Positions 10,096 to 20,526 of a stretch of DNA of 64,000 nucleotides are shown one piece after another. How positions within the stretch are numbered: position 1 is the stretch's first letter; each line of letters starts with the position of its first letter. This DNA is from an uncultured archaeon (GTDB lineage: Archaea > Thermoproteota > Bathyarchaeia > Bathyarchaeales > Bathycorpusculaceae): NCBI GenBank assembly GCA_963810275.1, contig CAWENF010000019.1:64001-128000 (forward strand). Reading direction: 5' to 3'. The position numbers and the translations under genes were made by a program. Below the pieces are notes generated by a model. It searched no databases. It was not told the DNA's origin and worked only from the letters and a program-made list of their open reading frames with translations.

Positions 10096-11058
10096 ATGAA
10101 AATCGACCAAGTCAACTCGTTAATCCTCAAAGAACTTCTAATAGACGGGCGCAAATCTTTCACGGATATCGCACAAATATGCGGCGAATCAAAAGAAGTC
10201 ATTGCCAACCGGTTCAGGCAAATGAAAAACCAAGGCATCATAGTAGGAGCTACAATACAAAACAGCTGCGCCTGCTACGACAGCAACTTCGTAGCAGCAT
10301 TTCAGATATACACCAGAACACGCAAAGTAGACGAGGCGTATCAGCTTCTAAAAACTTTCCCAAATATAATTGAAGTTTACCCCGCAGGAATTAATCCTAA
10401 CTTAAATACAGTTTTCACAATTAAATCCATAGCTGAGTTAGAGCATACAAGACAAGCCCTAAAGGAATTACCTGGCGCTTTAGATGTGGAAACTGAAATC
10501 TGGGTTGGTATGAGAAACAATCCGAATAACCTATCAATCTTAAACGAGGGCAGGCATCTGAAAATTGAGGACCTCAAAGCCAACCCTAAGCGGGAAGACT
10601 ATCCTCAAATAGATGAAATTGACAAAGCCATACTTGAAAAACTAGTTAACGATTCCAGAGTGCCCTTCAGCAAAATCGCTGCTGAACTGAGAATATCAAC
10701 TGATACTGTCTCCAAACGATACGAGAGACTAAAACTAAACAATCACGTTAAACCCGTTATTCGAGTAAACCCCCTAAAAATAGGCTACAGAGCTTTTGCA
10801 CTTTTTAAATTGAGTTTTTCAGAGGACAGCTTAAACAGTAGTATAGATTCCCTCTCAGTGATCCCCGATTTTAACTTTATCCATAAAATCAGCGGAAAAC
10901 ATGACTGCTGGGCAAGCCTCATGATTAAGGACATTGACCAATTTACTGCGGTGCAAGGACAAATTCTGGAGATGGAAAACCTCAACCACATGGAGTTTTC
11001 AGTATCTAAATTGTTCAGTGCATGGCCTCTGCCAAGAGAGTTCACCTCAAGCTTTTAA
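10096..11058 (+). CDS. Lrp/AsnC family regulator with tandem-duplicated HTH+RAM units
   Basis: Two HTH starts (ILKELLIDGRKSFTDIA and IDEIDKAILEKLVNDSRVPFSKIA), each followed by a RAM-like domain. Confidence 0.9.
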   Translation: MKIDQVNSLILKELLIDGRKSFTDIAQICGESKEVIANRFRQMKNQGIIVGATIQNSCACYDSNFVAAFQIYTRTRKVDEAYQLLKTFPNIIEVYPAGINPNLNTVFTIKSIAELEHTRQALKELPGALDVETEIWVGMRNNPNNLSILNEGRHLKIEDLKANPKREDYPQIDEIDKAILEKLVNDSRVPFSKIAAELRISTDTVSKRYERLKLNNHVKPVIRVNPLKIGYRAFALFKLSFSEDSLNSSIDSLSVIPDFNFIHKISGKHDCWASLMIKDIDQFTAVQGQILEMENLNHMEFSVSKLFSAWPLPREFTSSF

Positions 11059-11216
11059 GGTATTTTCAAACACCCGAAAAGAGATTTTGCCAGAATAGTG
11101 CCGCCTGCTAATTGGCTGCCCGTTTACCGCTAAAACCTTCAAAAGATGCCAGCACACTCATGTGGGGGAAAGATTACGGGAGTGTTTTTAAGGTTTCCAA
11201 AAGAAATAAAGAGAAG

Positions 11217-11954
11217 TCACGGGTGGTAGCTGTAGCTGTTTTGGATTATGGTGCCGTTTTGCAGCGTGCCCTGCCACATCATAGCTGGCGTGTCCCCTGA
11301 TAAGGTATAGTCCGCGTTTATTTTGTACATTGGGTTTGGCACCACTGGGTACTGCATGGTTACGTTCCATCCTGTGCTCTGGTAGTTGTAGGTTTCTGAA
11401 CCTACCATCATGCCAGAGTTAATTCTGCCGCCCATCCAAGACACATCATGCATGTAAAGCATTATCTCGTTGTGGTATGCGTAAATGTATTGCAAAGTCA
11501 AATCGCGAACCTGCTCCTGAGTTAAGGTAGTGTCTAATGGGAGGGTGCAGCGTATTTCAGCTATGACTCCGTTGGTGTATGTGCCCGTCCAATTGAAGGA
11601 GCCGTCACCAGAGTACTGGATGGCCAGATTGTAAGTTGGGTTGGGAACCACAGGGTACTCGATTTTGACTTTCCAGTCGTTGCCTGTGTAAATGTAAGTC
11701 TCTGCACCCAGCAGGCCAGATTCTTCTCGGCTGCCCGTCCAGTGGAATGCGGACATCTTGGGCAAGGTTTGAGTGTGGTTTGCCGCCACATAGGTTATTG
11801 CTTGGTCACGTATATCCTCTAAGCCAAATACTACGGGGGTTTGGGGTTGATTGTTGTCTTGAGATTGGTTTGTGAGGTAACTGTAAGCGATTGCTGCCCC
11901 TGCAATTACAACAATTAAAACTACCACTGTAACTGTTAAGAAAGCTTTACGCAT
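11217..11954 (-). CDS. Secreted/membrane-anchored protein with two internal repeats
   Basis: Start MRKAFL at 11954 with signal/TM; duplicated unit E..RD....Y....H...W.G.R....G.ETY.Y....W.V...YPVVPNP.Y. Confidence 0.8.
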   Translation of the reverse strand: MRKAFLTVTVVVLIVVIAGAAIAYSYLTNQSQDNNQPQTPVVFGLEDIRDQAITYVAANHTQTLPKMSAFHWTGSREESGLLGAETYIYTGNDWKVKIEYPVVPNPTYNLAIQYSGDGSFNWTGTYTNGVIAEIRCTLPLDTTLTQEQVRDLTLQYIYAYHNEIMLYMHDVSWMGGRINSGMMVGSETYNYQSTGWNVTMQYPVVPNPMYKINADYTLSGDTPAMMWQGTLQNGTIIQNSYSYHP

Positions 11955-12097
11955 AGGTTGAGTCTCTACAAAAATATAGAGACAGATACATATATAGAAT
12001 CTTTGTTGCGCCAATCCCAAATGGAACTGAACCGCAGATACAGTTAATTGTTTTTTCTTCCGAAAAAGCGCTGAAATAGTAAAGAAAATAAAGGCAG

Positions 12098-12424
12098 TTA
12101 CATGCCCATCATGGACATGGGGTCACCGTGGTCGTGATCATTTTCGTTTTCTTCGGTGATGTGATGCCAAACGTGCAGCCCCAGCCCTGTTGATGCACCT
12201 GCGGCTAAGCCGATAAGCAGGTACGTTAACCAAGTGTAGCCGAACACCATGCCGACAACTGCTAAAACGTCAAAGATGATTGCCATAGCAAGATAGCCGC
12301 CGCACCAAGTTTTCATGCTCATGCCTCGAGGCTTGTTGATGCCGATGCCCCCGAGATATCCGAACATGATTATAAAGCCAACTAAAGCGAGAAGCAAGTT
12401 AATTATGTAAGGATCTAAAGCCAT
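12098..12424 (-). CDS. Small 3-TM membrane protein with His/Met-rich tail
   Basis: Three hydrophobic stretches; C-terminus HVWHHITEENENDHDHGDPMSMMGM. Confidence 0.75.
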   Translation of the reverse strand: MALDPYIINLLLALVGFIIMFGYLGGIGINKPRGMSMKTWCGGYLAMAIIFDVLAVVGMVFGYTWLTYLLIGLAAGASTGLGLHVWHHITEENENDHDHGDPMSMMGM

Positions 12425-12570
12425 ACGTTCTACCTCAATGGGCTAAAATTGACTTTTAAGTTAATTAGCATATCGGAATCATGCGTTGATACCCAAGATA
12501 CATAGATAGTTGATGGTTTAATGCACTAGTGTTTTTTAACAGCCAAATTTAATCCATATCAACAATAAGG

Positions 12571-14739
12571 GTGTGGATCAAAATAGCAAACTTTGACGTT
12601 AGACACTGCCATAAATGGGCACAGCTTTTGGTTGAACGCAAAGCTAAACTTGACGAAGCCGTCGAGGGCGCAGAGAAAGGAGATTTTGACTCAGCTAAAC
12701 GCTTAACAAGCCAAATCTTTAGCGGTTTCATGGCGGGCAGACAAGCCGACCCAGGAATGGCAGGTTCGCTTCTGTACCACATGGCTATGGTTACAAAGAT
12801 GGAATCCGAAACCCAAGTGCTTCTGGATGAACTAAAAATCGAGGCACCCGACGTTTCGGCGCGGCTAGCCCAAATCTACGATGACTTCTACACCGACGCC
12901 CAGCAGCTAACCAAAGACGTCATGCAGCTAAAATACGACGCCAAAGTCGTAGCCGACACACACCATTTGAGCAGTGAAGAAAAAATTGCGCTGTTCAACA
13001 AACTCAAGGCCGAACAGAAACAGGTGGAGGGCATTCTCAGCCAAAAAGGCGCCTCCTCAATTGCTCAGCTTAGGAAAGTATTTGATGACTGGGCGCAGCC
13101 GGTTGCTTTAATGCGGCTTATTCAGGAGTACGAAACCATAAGAGGACTTCTGGTACTTTCTGAGTTAACAAAAACTTTGGGTTTCGACGCAGTTGAAGTT
13201 GCAATGGCAAAAGTTAAAGACTTATTTGGTCAGCAAACCGTAAACATTGCCCTTGACGTCACCCTTAAAGTTGGCATGCGTCGCGAAAAACTCCAATCCG
13301 TCATGCTGGCAGACCACTTCATCAAAATGCAAATGAGCGGAGAAAAACTTGATGGCAACATGGAGTTTCTCAACTGCCCAATCCACGGGGGACACAAATA
13401 CGCCCAAGACAAATATGGTATAGACCCCAAAGTTTCTCAGCTATTTTGCCGCCACTTCTGCTTCGCCCATGCAAAAGCCATGCTGGACACAGTACTGCCG
13501 TTCCCATTCACGCTATGGCAACCCAAACTCATGGCTTCCGACGAAGTTTGTCAGTACTACCTAAAACTCGCCTACTCACCTGAGGCTAAACAGGATGAAC
13601 GCTTTGTGCCGCTTGTCTTATCCTATAACGTGACACGGGAGTGCAACATGAAATGCAGCCACTGCTACATCAACGCCACCGAAAACAAACTCCCAAACGA
13701 GTTGTCCACCAAAGAAGCCAAAGAGCTTATGGATCAAATCGCTGAAGTCAGCCACCCCCTACTGATTTTAAGCGGCGGCGAGCCTCTACTGCGTGAAGAC
13801 ATCTATGAACTCATCAATTATGGTACCTCGAAGGGGCTGAAGATGGGTTTGGGCAGCAACGGCTACCTCATTGATGACGCAGTTGCGAAGAAACTTAAGG
13901 ATGCAGGCATCGCAACGGTTTCTGTCAGCATAGATTCCAGCGTGCCTCAACAGCATGATGAGTTCCGAGGCGTCAGTGGCGCATGGCAGAAAGCAGTCTA
14001 CGCATGCAAAGCACTGCGCCAAAATGGCGTGCTCGTCCAAGTCAACACCACCTTAACCCACGATAATTATGACCAAATCGACGACATAATGACTTTAGCT
14101 GAGTCGATTGGCGTGGAAAACTTCCATCTCTTCTTCCTGGTGCCAACCGGCAGAGGCAAAACGATTGACGACATATCCGCCCAAAAATATGAGGAAATGA
14201 TAACCAACACGTTTGCCAAAGTCCACACACACCGCCTAAACGTGCGCCCCAGTTGTGCGCCGCAGTTCATGCGTATCGCGCAGGGCATGGGTTTGGAGAT
14301 GCGGCAGTGGATACGCGGCTGTATCGCAGGCATGCATTACTGTAGGGTTTACCCCAACGGTGACATAACCCCCTGTCCCTACTTGCCGATTAAGCTGGGC
14401 AACATCCGCGAGAAGTCGTTTAAGGAAATCTGGTTCACCAGCGAAGTGTTCCAGAACCTGCGAAATCCCTGCACGCTTAAAGGGAAATGCGGTGAATGCG
14501 AATTCAAAGTTGTATGCGGCGGATGTAGAGCCCGCGCTTACGGGTTATCCAGCGACTTCATTGACTACTGCGGCGACCTTAATGTGCCCACAGAGCAGAA
14601 AAGCGACTATTTAGCCGAGGACCCATGGTGCATGTATCAGCCTAAAAAACAGCCAATTACCTCATCGGAGCAGGCAGCAGACCCAAATATTAGCCAACAT
14701 CCCAAAACAACCTTAGAAACTAAAAAACACCCAATATAA
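12571..14739 (+). CDS. Radical SAM/SPASM protein (AhbC/AhbD/NirJ-like) fused to a ~345-aa N-terminal region
   Basis: CNMKCSHC, SGGEPLLR and SPASM cysteines (GCIAG...PCPY...KCGECEFKVVCGGCRARA...DPWC). Confidence 0.88.
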   Translation: MWIKIANFDVRHCHKWAQLLVERKAKLDEAVEGAEKGDFDSAKRLTSQIFSGFMAGRQADPGMAGSLLYHMAMVTKMESETQVLLDELKIEAPDVSARLAQIYDDFYTDAQQLTKDVMQLKYDAKVVADTHHLSSEEKIALFNKLKAEQKQVEGILSQKGASSIAQLRKVFDDWAQPVALMRLIQEYETIRGLLVLSELTKTLGFDAVEVAMAKVKDLFGQQTVNIALDVTLKVGMRREKLQSVMLADHFIKMQMSGEKLDGNMEFLNCPIHGGHKYAQDKYGIDPKVSQLFCRHFCFAHAKAMLDTVLPFPFTLWQPKLMASDEVCQYYLKLAYSPEAKQDERFVPLVLSYNVTRECNMKCSHCYINATENKLPNELSTKEAKELMDQIAEVSHPLLILSGGEPLLREDIYELINYGTSKGLKMGLGSNGYLIDDAVAKKLKDAGIATVSVSIDSSVPQQHDEFRGVSGAWQKAVYACKALRQNGVLVQVNTTLTHDNYDQIDDIMTLAESIGVENFHLFFLVPTGRGKTIDDISAQKYEEMITNTFAKVHTHRLNVRPSCAPQFMRIAQGMGLEMRQWIRGCIAGMHYCRVYPNGDITPCPYLPIKLGNIREKSFKEIWFTSEVFQNLRNPCTLKGKCGECEFKVVCGGCRARAYGLSSDFIDYCGDLNVPTEQKSDYLAEDPWCMYQPKKQPITSSEQAADPNISQHPKTTLETKKHPI

Positions 14740-15207
14740 GGCATTTAATAAGCCACATTTTTTACTTTTTGAGGCAGAAAACTGAGGGCCGTATACAAAA
14801 GCATCAACCAAACCCAATCACAACCACACTTTTCGTAACACCCAACCCCAAAATACAGGCCACCAAAAAACCCACTGCTTGCTTTTGAAAAAAGAGGCTC
14901 ACAGCAACAATTAAAACAAAAACAGCAGGATACATAATCTATTTAAGCCAAAGCTGTCTTTCCAAAGTTCAACTGGTAGTTAATTGAGGCTTTGGCAGTT
15001 CGCACAGCTATATGTAAATGTGGACCGCCAAGGGCATAGGGGGCGCAGCAAACGAGAAATGTCCACACACCGAAAGATTCTTTTGCCGTAACAGCGGCAA
15101 CCACACATATAGGCAGGCGACGCCCTCTCACTGAAACGCATAAAGCGGGAACTGCGTAGGAGGCCGCCGAGATAACTCATGCAGGCATCTCTAACAGCTT
15201 CAGTGGA

Positions 15208-16371
15208 ATGTTCAAAGAAACCTCGGTAGCATGCCTATTTGACTTAATCAGCTTAATCCCCGGTTTCATCATCGCTCTTCAGTTGGGCATTTTTAATTTG
15301 TCGCCTTGGGCTTTGGCGCTTTATCCCGCCGTAATAAGCGTCAAAGCCGTCATCACCGGACTCCTTACGGGACGGCTGAGCACTGCATTGCACTTGGGCA
15401 CCATGTATCCCCGGTTTTTCGGCAACACCAAAAGTTTCTACCGTCTAATCGCAAGCATGATTGTTTTGACGTTGGGTACTAGCGTCACCATAAGCGCATT
15501 TTCTTTTGTTTTTGGCACATTATTTTGGGGAGTCACAGTAAACGAGTTCTCTGCTATCCTCTCCGTTATGGTCGCCACACTTTCACTGGGGCTACTCGTT
15601 GCCCTGACAACAGTACAGTTAACATTTATCTCCTTTAAACGCAGCTTTGACCCCGACACAGTACTTTACCCTGCCGTCTCCACAGTCGCAAACATAGTCA
15701 TGACATTCCTCTACATAGCAGTACTTCACGTTTTCTTTTCAGGAACAAACGGTAAATGGGCAATAATTTTCTTCGGCTTAATCAACGTGTTCTTGGTTCT
15801 CTTCGTTTTGCCCCTAAACATCCGCAACAAAGAGTTCCGCCAAATCCTCAAGGAATCTTTACCCACCATGGTTTTGGCGGCGTTTATTGTTAACGTCACA
15901 GGCACACTGTTCAAAGCAATAGGGGATTTCGCGGCACCTAGACGGGAAATATACACGGTTTATCCTGCTATGATTGATATGATAGGAGACGCAGGGTTGG
16001 TAGTGGGTTCTGCGGCTACAGTGAAACTGACGTTGGGCCTGCTGAAGCCGTCGCTTGGGTCTATCAAAAACCATGTTAAAAACATCCTGAGTGCATGGGC
16101 TTCAACGCTGCTGCTGTTCATGGCTATGGGCGTCATTGCGTTGGCGATTAACGGAATATTCAATATTTGGGAAGTGACGAATTTGCTGCTGATTCTGTTA
16201 GTGGCAAATGTAATTTCCTTTGTGGCGATAGTTGTGGTTTCCTATGCAATAGCCATCTTAACCTTTAAGCGTGGCTTAGACCCGGACAACTTTGTCATAC
16301 CCGTCGAAAACTCCCTAGCAGACGCCATAACAACCGCCTCCTTACTCGCGGCCCTTTTGCTAATTGTTTAG
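15208..16371 (+). CDS. MgtE/SLC41-type divalent cation transporter (two membrane domains)
   Basis: RLSTALHLG, DPDTV and KRGLDPDN motifs. Confidence 0.88.
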   Translation: MFKETSVACLFDLISLIPGFIIALQLGIFNLSPWALALYPAVISVKAVITGLLTGRLSTALHLGTMYPRFFGNTKSFYRLIASMIVLTLGTSVTISAFSFVFGTLFWGVTVNEFSAILSVMVATLSLGLLVALTTVQLTFISFKRSFDPDTVLYPAVSTVANIVMTFLYIAVLHVFFSGTNGKWAIIFFGLINVFLVLFVLPLNIRNKEFRQILKESLPTMVLAAFIVNVTGTLFKAIGDFAAPRREIYTVYPAMIDMIGDAGLVVGSAATVKLTLGLLKPSLGSIKNHVKNILSAWASTLLLFMAMGVIALAINGIFNIWEVTNLLLILLVANVISFVAIVVVSYAIAILTFKRGLDPDNFVIPVENSLADAITTASLLAALLLIV

Positions 16372-16435
16372 AAGTCGCATAAACAAATTAAAATATCAAG
16401 GTAAGCAAGTATAGTTTCGGAGCGACCTAACAAAG

Positions 16436-17638
16436 TTGCGGGAATTTGAAAAAATAGAGTATAAACCTATCCCAGTCCGCCAATTACTTTTAGAAATGAA
16501 AAATCTCTCGGAGTTAATGATTGACCTCGCATACTCCTCTGCACTCTACAACGACAAAGACTTAGCAGAGGACGTGCTGGCGCTGGAGAGAAGAGTAGAC
16601 AACTTATCATACCTACTGGACATGGAAGTCATGGTTGCTGCACGCGACTCCAAAGACGCAGAACAGCTAATTGGAGTTTCCACCATGGCGGCTTCAACTG
16701 ACAAAATCAGCGACGCCGCAGCAGACATCGCCGCCATCGTAACCAGAAATATAGGCATCAACCCCATTGTCGGCTTCATCTTCGAAAAAGCCGAAGAACG
16801 CCTCATGAAAGTAACAGTGAAACCCAACTCAGAATTAATCAAAAAAGAAATCGAAGAACTCGACTTAGCAGCATCCATGGGAGTAGACATAATCGCCATA
16901 CGCAGAAACAACGACTGGATTTTGGACCCAGGAAAAAAAGAAAGAGTTTACGAAGGCGACATCCTAATCACCCGTGGAGACAACTCAGGCGTTGAAGAAT
17001 TCAAAGAAGCCGCTGAAGGCAAACTAACCACACTAACAACTGAGAAACGGGCTAAGTTCGAAGAAATTGCCTCCCGCTTTGTCGAGCTAAAAGATACCTC
17101 CGAATTGATGATGGACTTGGCGTATTCGTCGCTTCTGCTAAACAGTCAAGAGCTAGCAGAGGAAGTAGAGCAGTTAGAGGAACGCATGGATCAGTTGCAC
17201 ACGGATTTTGAGTTGCTAGCGTTAACTGCTGATTACCAGAACAGCGAAGCCTCCGGCATTTTAGGCTTGATTCGGCTTGGTATAGCTACAGAGAAAATCG
17301 CCGACGCCGCAGCAGATATGGCTGAAGTTGTCTTAAGAGGTATGGAGCCGCATCCGATTTTGGGGATGGCTATCGAGGAAGCGGAAGAAACTGTTATACG
17401 GGCATGCGTCACTGAGGATTCGCCGCTGGTCGGTAAGAGCCTAAAAGAGGCGCGGTTACACGATGAAACAGGCATGTGGGTTTTGGTTATTAAACGCGAC
17501 GACAAGTACCTGCGTCCAAGGACTGACCCTAAAATCTGGGTGGGTGACGTATTGGTGGCAAGCGGTTACGCGGAAGGTGTTGATGCCTTGCGGGAACTGG
17601 CGTCTCCTTCGCTTAGCTGCGATGTAGAGAACGATTAG
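16436..17638 (+). CDS. PhoU + TrkA-C duplicated-domain regulatory protein
   Basis: Two copies of E.K..SELM.DLAYS, each followed by a TrkA-C (IIAIRR / VLVIKR) domain. Confidence 0.88.
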   Translation: MREFEKIEYKPIPVRQLLLEMKNLSELMIDLAYSSALYNDKDLAEDVLALERRVDNLSYLLDMEVMVAARDSKDAEQLIGVSTMAASTDKISDAAADIAAIVTRNIGINPIVGFIFEKAEERLMKVTVKPNSELIKKEIEELDLAASMGVDIIAIRRNNDWILDPGKKERVYEGDILITRGDNSGVEEFKEAAEGKLTTLTTEKRAKFEEIASRFVELKDTSELMMDLAYSSLLLNSQELAEEVEQLEERMDQLHTDFELLALTADYQNSEASGILGLIRLGIATEKIADAAADMAEVVLRGMEPHPILGMAIEEAEETVIRACVTEDSPLVGKSLKEARLHDETGMWVLVIKRDDKYLRPRTDPKIWVGDVLVASGYAEGVDALRELASPSLSCDVEND

Positions 17639-17694
17639 TTCGTATTTCAGATTCAATAATATAAGCTCCCAAACCTTACCGTACGTTATGTCTT

Positions 17695-18032
17695 ATGGGG
17701 AAAAAATGCCTTCACATGCAGCAATCCAGCCTGTAAAGCCACGTTTGCCACTCCCCTGAAAACGTTGAATCTGCAGGATAACCCAGCGGACCCTACGACG
17801 CCTGCCCAGTTTGCCTCACACGTATTGAAGATGCGAACCTGAAGGTTTTGGATAAGCCCAGTCAAGTTAAGCATAAAAAGCATAAACCATCTGCGGCCGA
17901 GAAGCCTGCTGAGTGTCGCTATCACTTAGGTTACTTAGTGAGCGGGCTCAAAATGAGCAGATTCCCGAAGACTGTCTTTTATGCAAAAATATTGTTGATT
18001 GTATTCTTAAGAAGAAGCGGGACGACCAGTAA
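17695..18032 (+). pseudogene. Frameshifted small Cys-rich (Zn-binding) protein
   Basis: Fragments in different frames: FTCSNPACKATFATPLKTLNLQ / YDACPVCLTRIE / ECRYHLGYL / SERAQNEQIPEDCLLCKNIVDCILKKKRDDQ*. Confidence 0.6.
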
Positions 18033-18118
18033 TTTGGGCTGACAAACGGCGTCTACCCAAGTTGCGATAATTTAGATAAATAAAATCGGGAAAAGTAAAA
18101 ATTAAGAAAAAAGAAAGC

Positions 18119-18430
18119 TTATTTCTTTTCCTCGGTTGCTTCGGTTTTATTGTCTTCGATTTCGGTTGTGATTTCTTCAATCGGCTTTGGCGGAGGTGTT
18201 GTTGCCATTGTCCATCCGATCCATGCACCTATGAAGAGGATTGCGACGAAGGCGATGAATACGGGTGCAGCTATAAGCCAGTATGATACAGCAGCAGTGC
18301 TTGGGAGCCATGACCAGTTCAGTATATCAACTATCCATGGATAACCAAATAATGCTACTATGTAACCTACAGCAACGATGACACAGACGGCGAGAATTGC
18401 TCCACCGATTCCTTGATCTTTGCTAACCAT
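18119..18430 (-). CDS. Small conserved 2-TM archaeal membrane protein
   Basis: SKDQ.IG...WIGWTMATTPPPKPIEEI motif. Confidence 0.8.
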   Translation of the reverse strand: MVSKDQGIGGAILAVCVIVAVGYIVALFGYPWIVDILNWSWLPSTAAVSYWLIAAPVFIAFVAILFIGAWIGWTMATTPPPKPIEEITTEIEDNKTEATEEKK

Positions 18431-18510
18431 TTAGTGATTTCACCACTTTATTAGCCATTGTATTCGGTTAATCAATTTAAAGTTTGTCATGCTTCCAAGC
18501 GAGCCAACAA

Positions 18511-19767
18511 TCAAGTTGTACCCATTTCCCATGAGGAAAGATACTTTTTCTGCTCATCTGTCAACTCATCAATCGCTATACCCATACTCTGCAGCTTCAT
18601 CTCAGCGATTTTCTCGTCAATCTCTTTTGGCACGATGTAAACTTTGGTTTCCAGCTTGTCTGATTTGGTGATGTATTCGGCGCAGAGTGCTTGGTTGGCA
18701 AAGGACATGTCCATGACTTCGCTTGGGTGACCTTCTGCCGCTGAGAGGTTGACTAGCCTGCCTTCTGCGAGCAGATAGAGGTGTCTGTCGTCTTTTGTGG
18801 TGTACTCTTCCATGTTGGGACGCATTGTTCTGTGAGAAACCGCCATTGACTCCAGCGATGGCACGTCGATTTCTACGTTGAAGTGGCCGCTGTTGCAGAT
18901 GATTGCACCGTCCTTCATTTTTTCCATGTGTTCTTTGCGGATGACGTGGATGTCTCCTGTGGCTGTTGCGAAGATGTCGCCGATTGGGGCTGCTTCAGAC
19001 ATGGGCATGACGCGCAATCCATTCATGACTGCTTCGAGTGCGCGGGTTGGTTGGACTTCGGTTACGATGACGTTTGCGCCTAGGCCTTGTGCGCGCATGG
19101 CGATGCCTCTGCTGCACCAGCCGTATCCGCCTACGACGAAGTTTTTGCCTGCCAGCAGTACGGATGTGGCTCTTAGGATGCCGTCAATGGTGCTTTGGCC
19201 TGTGCCGTAGCGGTTGTCAAAGAGGTATTTGGTTAGGGCTTCGTTCACGGCGACGATGGGATATTTGAGGCTGCTGTCTACTTCCATGGCTTTTAGGCGG
19301 ACCACGCCAGTGGTGGTTTCTTCGGTTCCGCCTTTGATGAGTGGGATGAGGTCTTGGCGTTTGCTGTGAATCATGCCAACGACATCTGCACCGTCGTCCA
19401 TGGTTATTGTGGGTTTGAATTCAAGGACTTTTTCGATGCATTTGTAGTAGTCTTCGGTGTTTTGTCCTCTCCATGCGAAAACGTGCACGCCTTCATCTGC
19501 GAGTGCTGCTGCGACGTCGTCTTGGGTTGAGAGGGGGTTGGAGCCGCAGAGGGCGACTTCTGCGCCGCCGGCTATAAGGACTTTGATGAGCACCGCGGTT
19601 TCTTTGGTTACGTGTAGGCACGCGGATAGGGTTTGCCCTTGTAGAGGCTTTTCTTTTTCGAAGCGTTCTTTGATAAGGTTTAGGACGGGCATGTGTTTTG
19701 CTGCCCATTCAATCTGTAAGTGACCTTGAGGGGCAAGGTTCATGTCTTTAACTTGGTAGTTTTGCAT
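18511..19767 (-). CDS. ahcY: Adenosylhomocysteinase
   Basis: [32 protein letters not shown] and GHPSEVMD motifs. Confidence 0.98.
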   Translation of the reverse strand: MQNYQVKDMNLAPQGHLQIEWAAKHMPVLNLIKERFEKEKPLQGQTLSACLHVTKETAVLIKVLIAGGAEVALCGSNPLSTQDDVAAALADEGVHVFAWRGQNTEDYYKCIEKVLEFKPTITMDDGADVVGMIHSKRQDLIPLIKGGTEETTTGVVRLKAMEVDSSLKYPIVAVNEALTKYLFDNRYGTGQSTIDGILRATSVLLAGKNFVVGGYGWCSRGIAMRAQGLGANVIVTEVQPTRALEAVMNGLRVMPMSEAAPIGDIFATATGDIHVIRKEHMEKMKDGAIICNSGHFNVEIDVPSLESMAVSHRTMRPNMEEYTTKDDRHLYLLAEGRLVNLSAAEGHPSEVMDMSFANQALCAEYITKSDKLETKVYIVPKEIDEKIAEMKLQSMGIAIDELTDEQKKYLSSWEMGTT

Positions 19768-19921
19768 TGGACGGTTCCTTCTGTTAAGAAGTTGTTTGTG
19801 GTTGTCCTTATTTAGAATTTACCTACATTTCATAAGGTGTAAAGTGTGGCGAGAGTTTGTTTGGGCTGGAAAAAGTTAAAGCCCGCCACAACCTCAAGTT
19901 AAACGTAGAGGGCATTACACA

Positions 19922-20521
19922 GTGAAAGAACCTTTCGCCGCTTTTGTAAAAAAACACCTAAAACCTGAGACTTTGGTGGTTACATGCGGGTTGCCTGCAA
20001 CCTACAAAACCGGAGTTGCAGAAGAAATCGCCAACATAAAGGTGTACCCTATTCTTCGTAGCGACCTGATTCGACTGGAAGTCCTCAAGGGTAAAGACAT
20101 TTTCGACACCAAAGTCGCGGGGAACATGAACAATCGCATGGCGGTTTATGAGGAAATGTTTCGACGTGCAGAAACGTTGGCTACCAAAGGAGGGGTTATT
20201 CTGGATGCAACCTTTGTGAAAGCGGCTCTGCGTGAAAGAGCGGCAGAAATAGCTGCAGAGAAGGGGCTGGCGCTTGCCATTTTTGAAACAAGCTGCCCCC
20301 AAGAAATCGCCTTAATCCGAATAAAAAACCGAACCAAAGAAAACTACCAGTCCAACGCGCTAACCGAAGAAGCTTACTTAGCCAACAAGAAAAACTTTGA
20401 ACCCGTAGACTTGGATGCTTTAAAGCAGCGGTTTCCCAGCCTTGAAGTTGCACACTACGTCGTAGATACCAGCGTGTACGGCATAGCTAACTGGACAGTA
20501 ATTAGAGAAGAGCAGAGGTAA
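19922..20521 (+). CDS. AAA_33-type P-loop kinase
   Basis: Degenerate Walker A CGLPATYKT, SDLIR and VILDATF. Confidence 0.8.
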   Translation: MKEPFAAFVKKHLKPETLVVTCGLPATYKTGVAEEIANIKVYPILRSDLIRLEVLKGKDIFDTKVAGNMNNRMAVYEEMFRRAETLATKGGVILDATFVKAALRERAAEIAAEKGLALAIFETSCPQEIALIRIKNRTKENYQSNALTEEAYLANKKNFEPVDLDALKQRFPSLEVAHYVVDTSVYGIANWTVIREEQR

Positions 20522-20526
20522 AAGTT

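Noticed and set aside
7870-12450. Integrated element at tRNA-Ser
   Set aside because: The genes look accessory, but no integrase and no duplicated tRNA 3' end (att site) were seen.
14990-15207. Metal-sensing riboswitch upstream of the MgtE-like gene
   Set aside because: The leader is GC-richer, but no yybP-ykoY or M-box consensus could be recognised.
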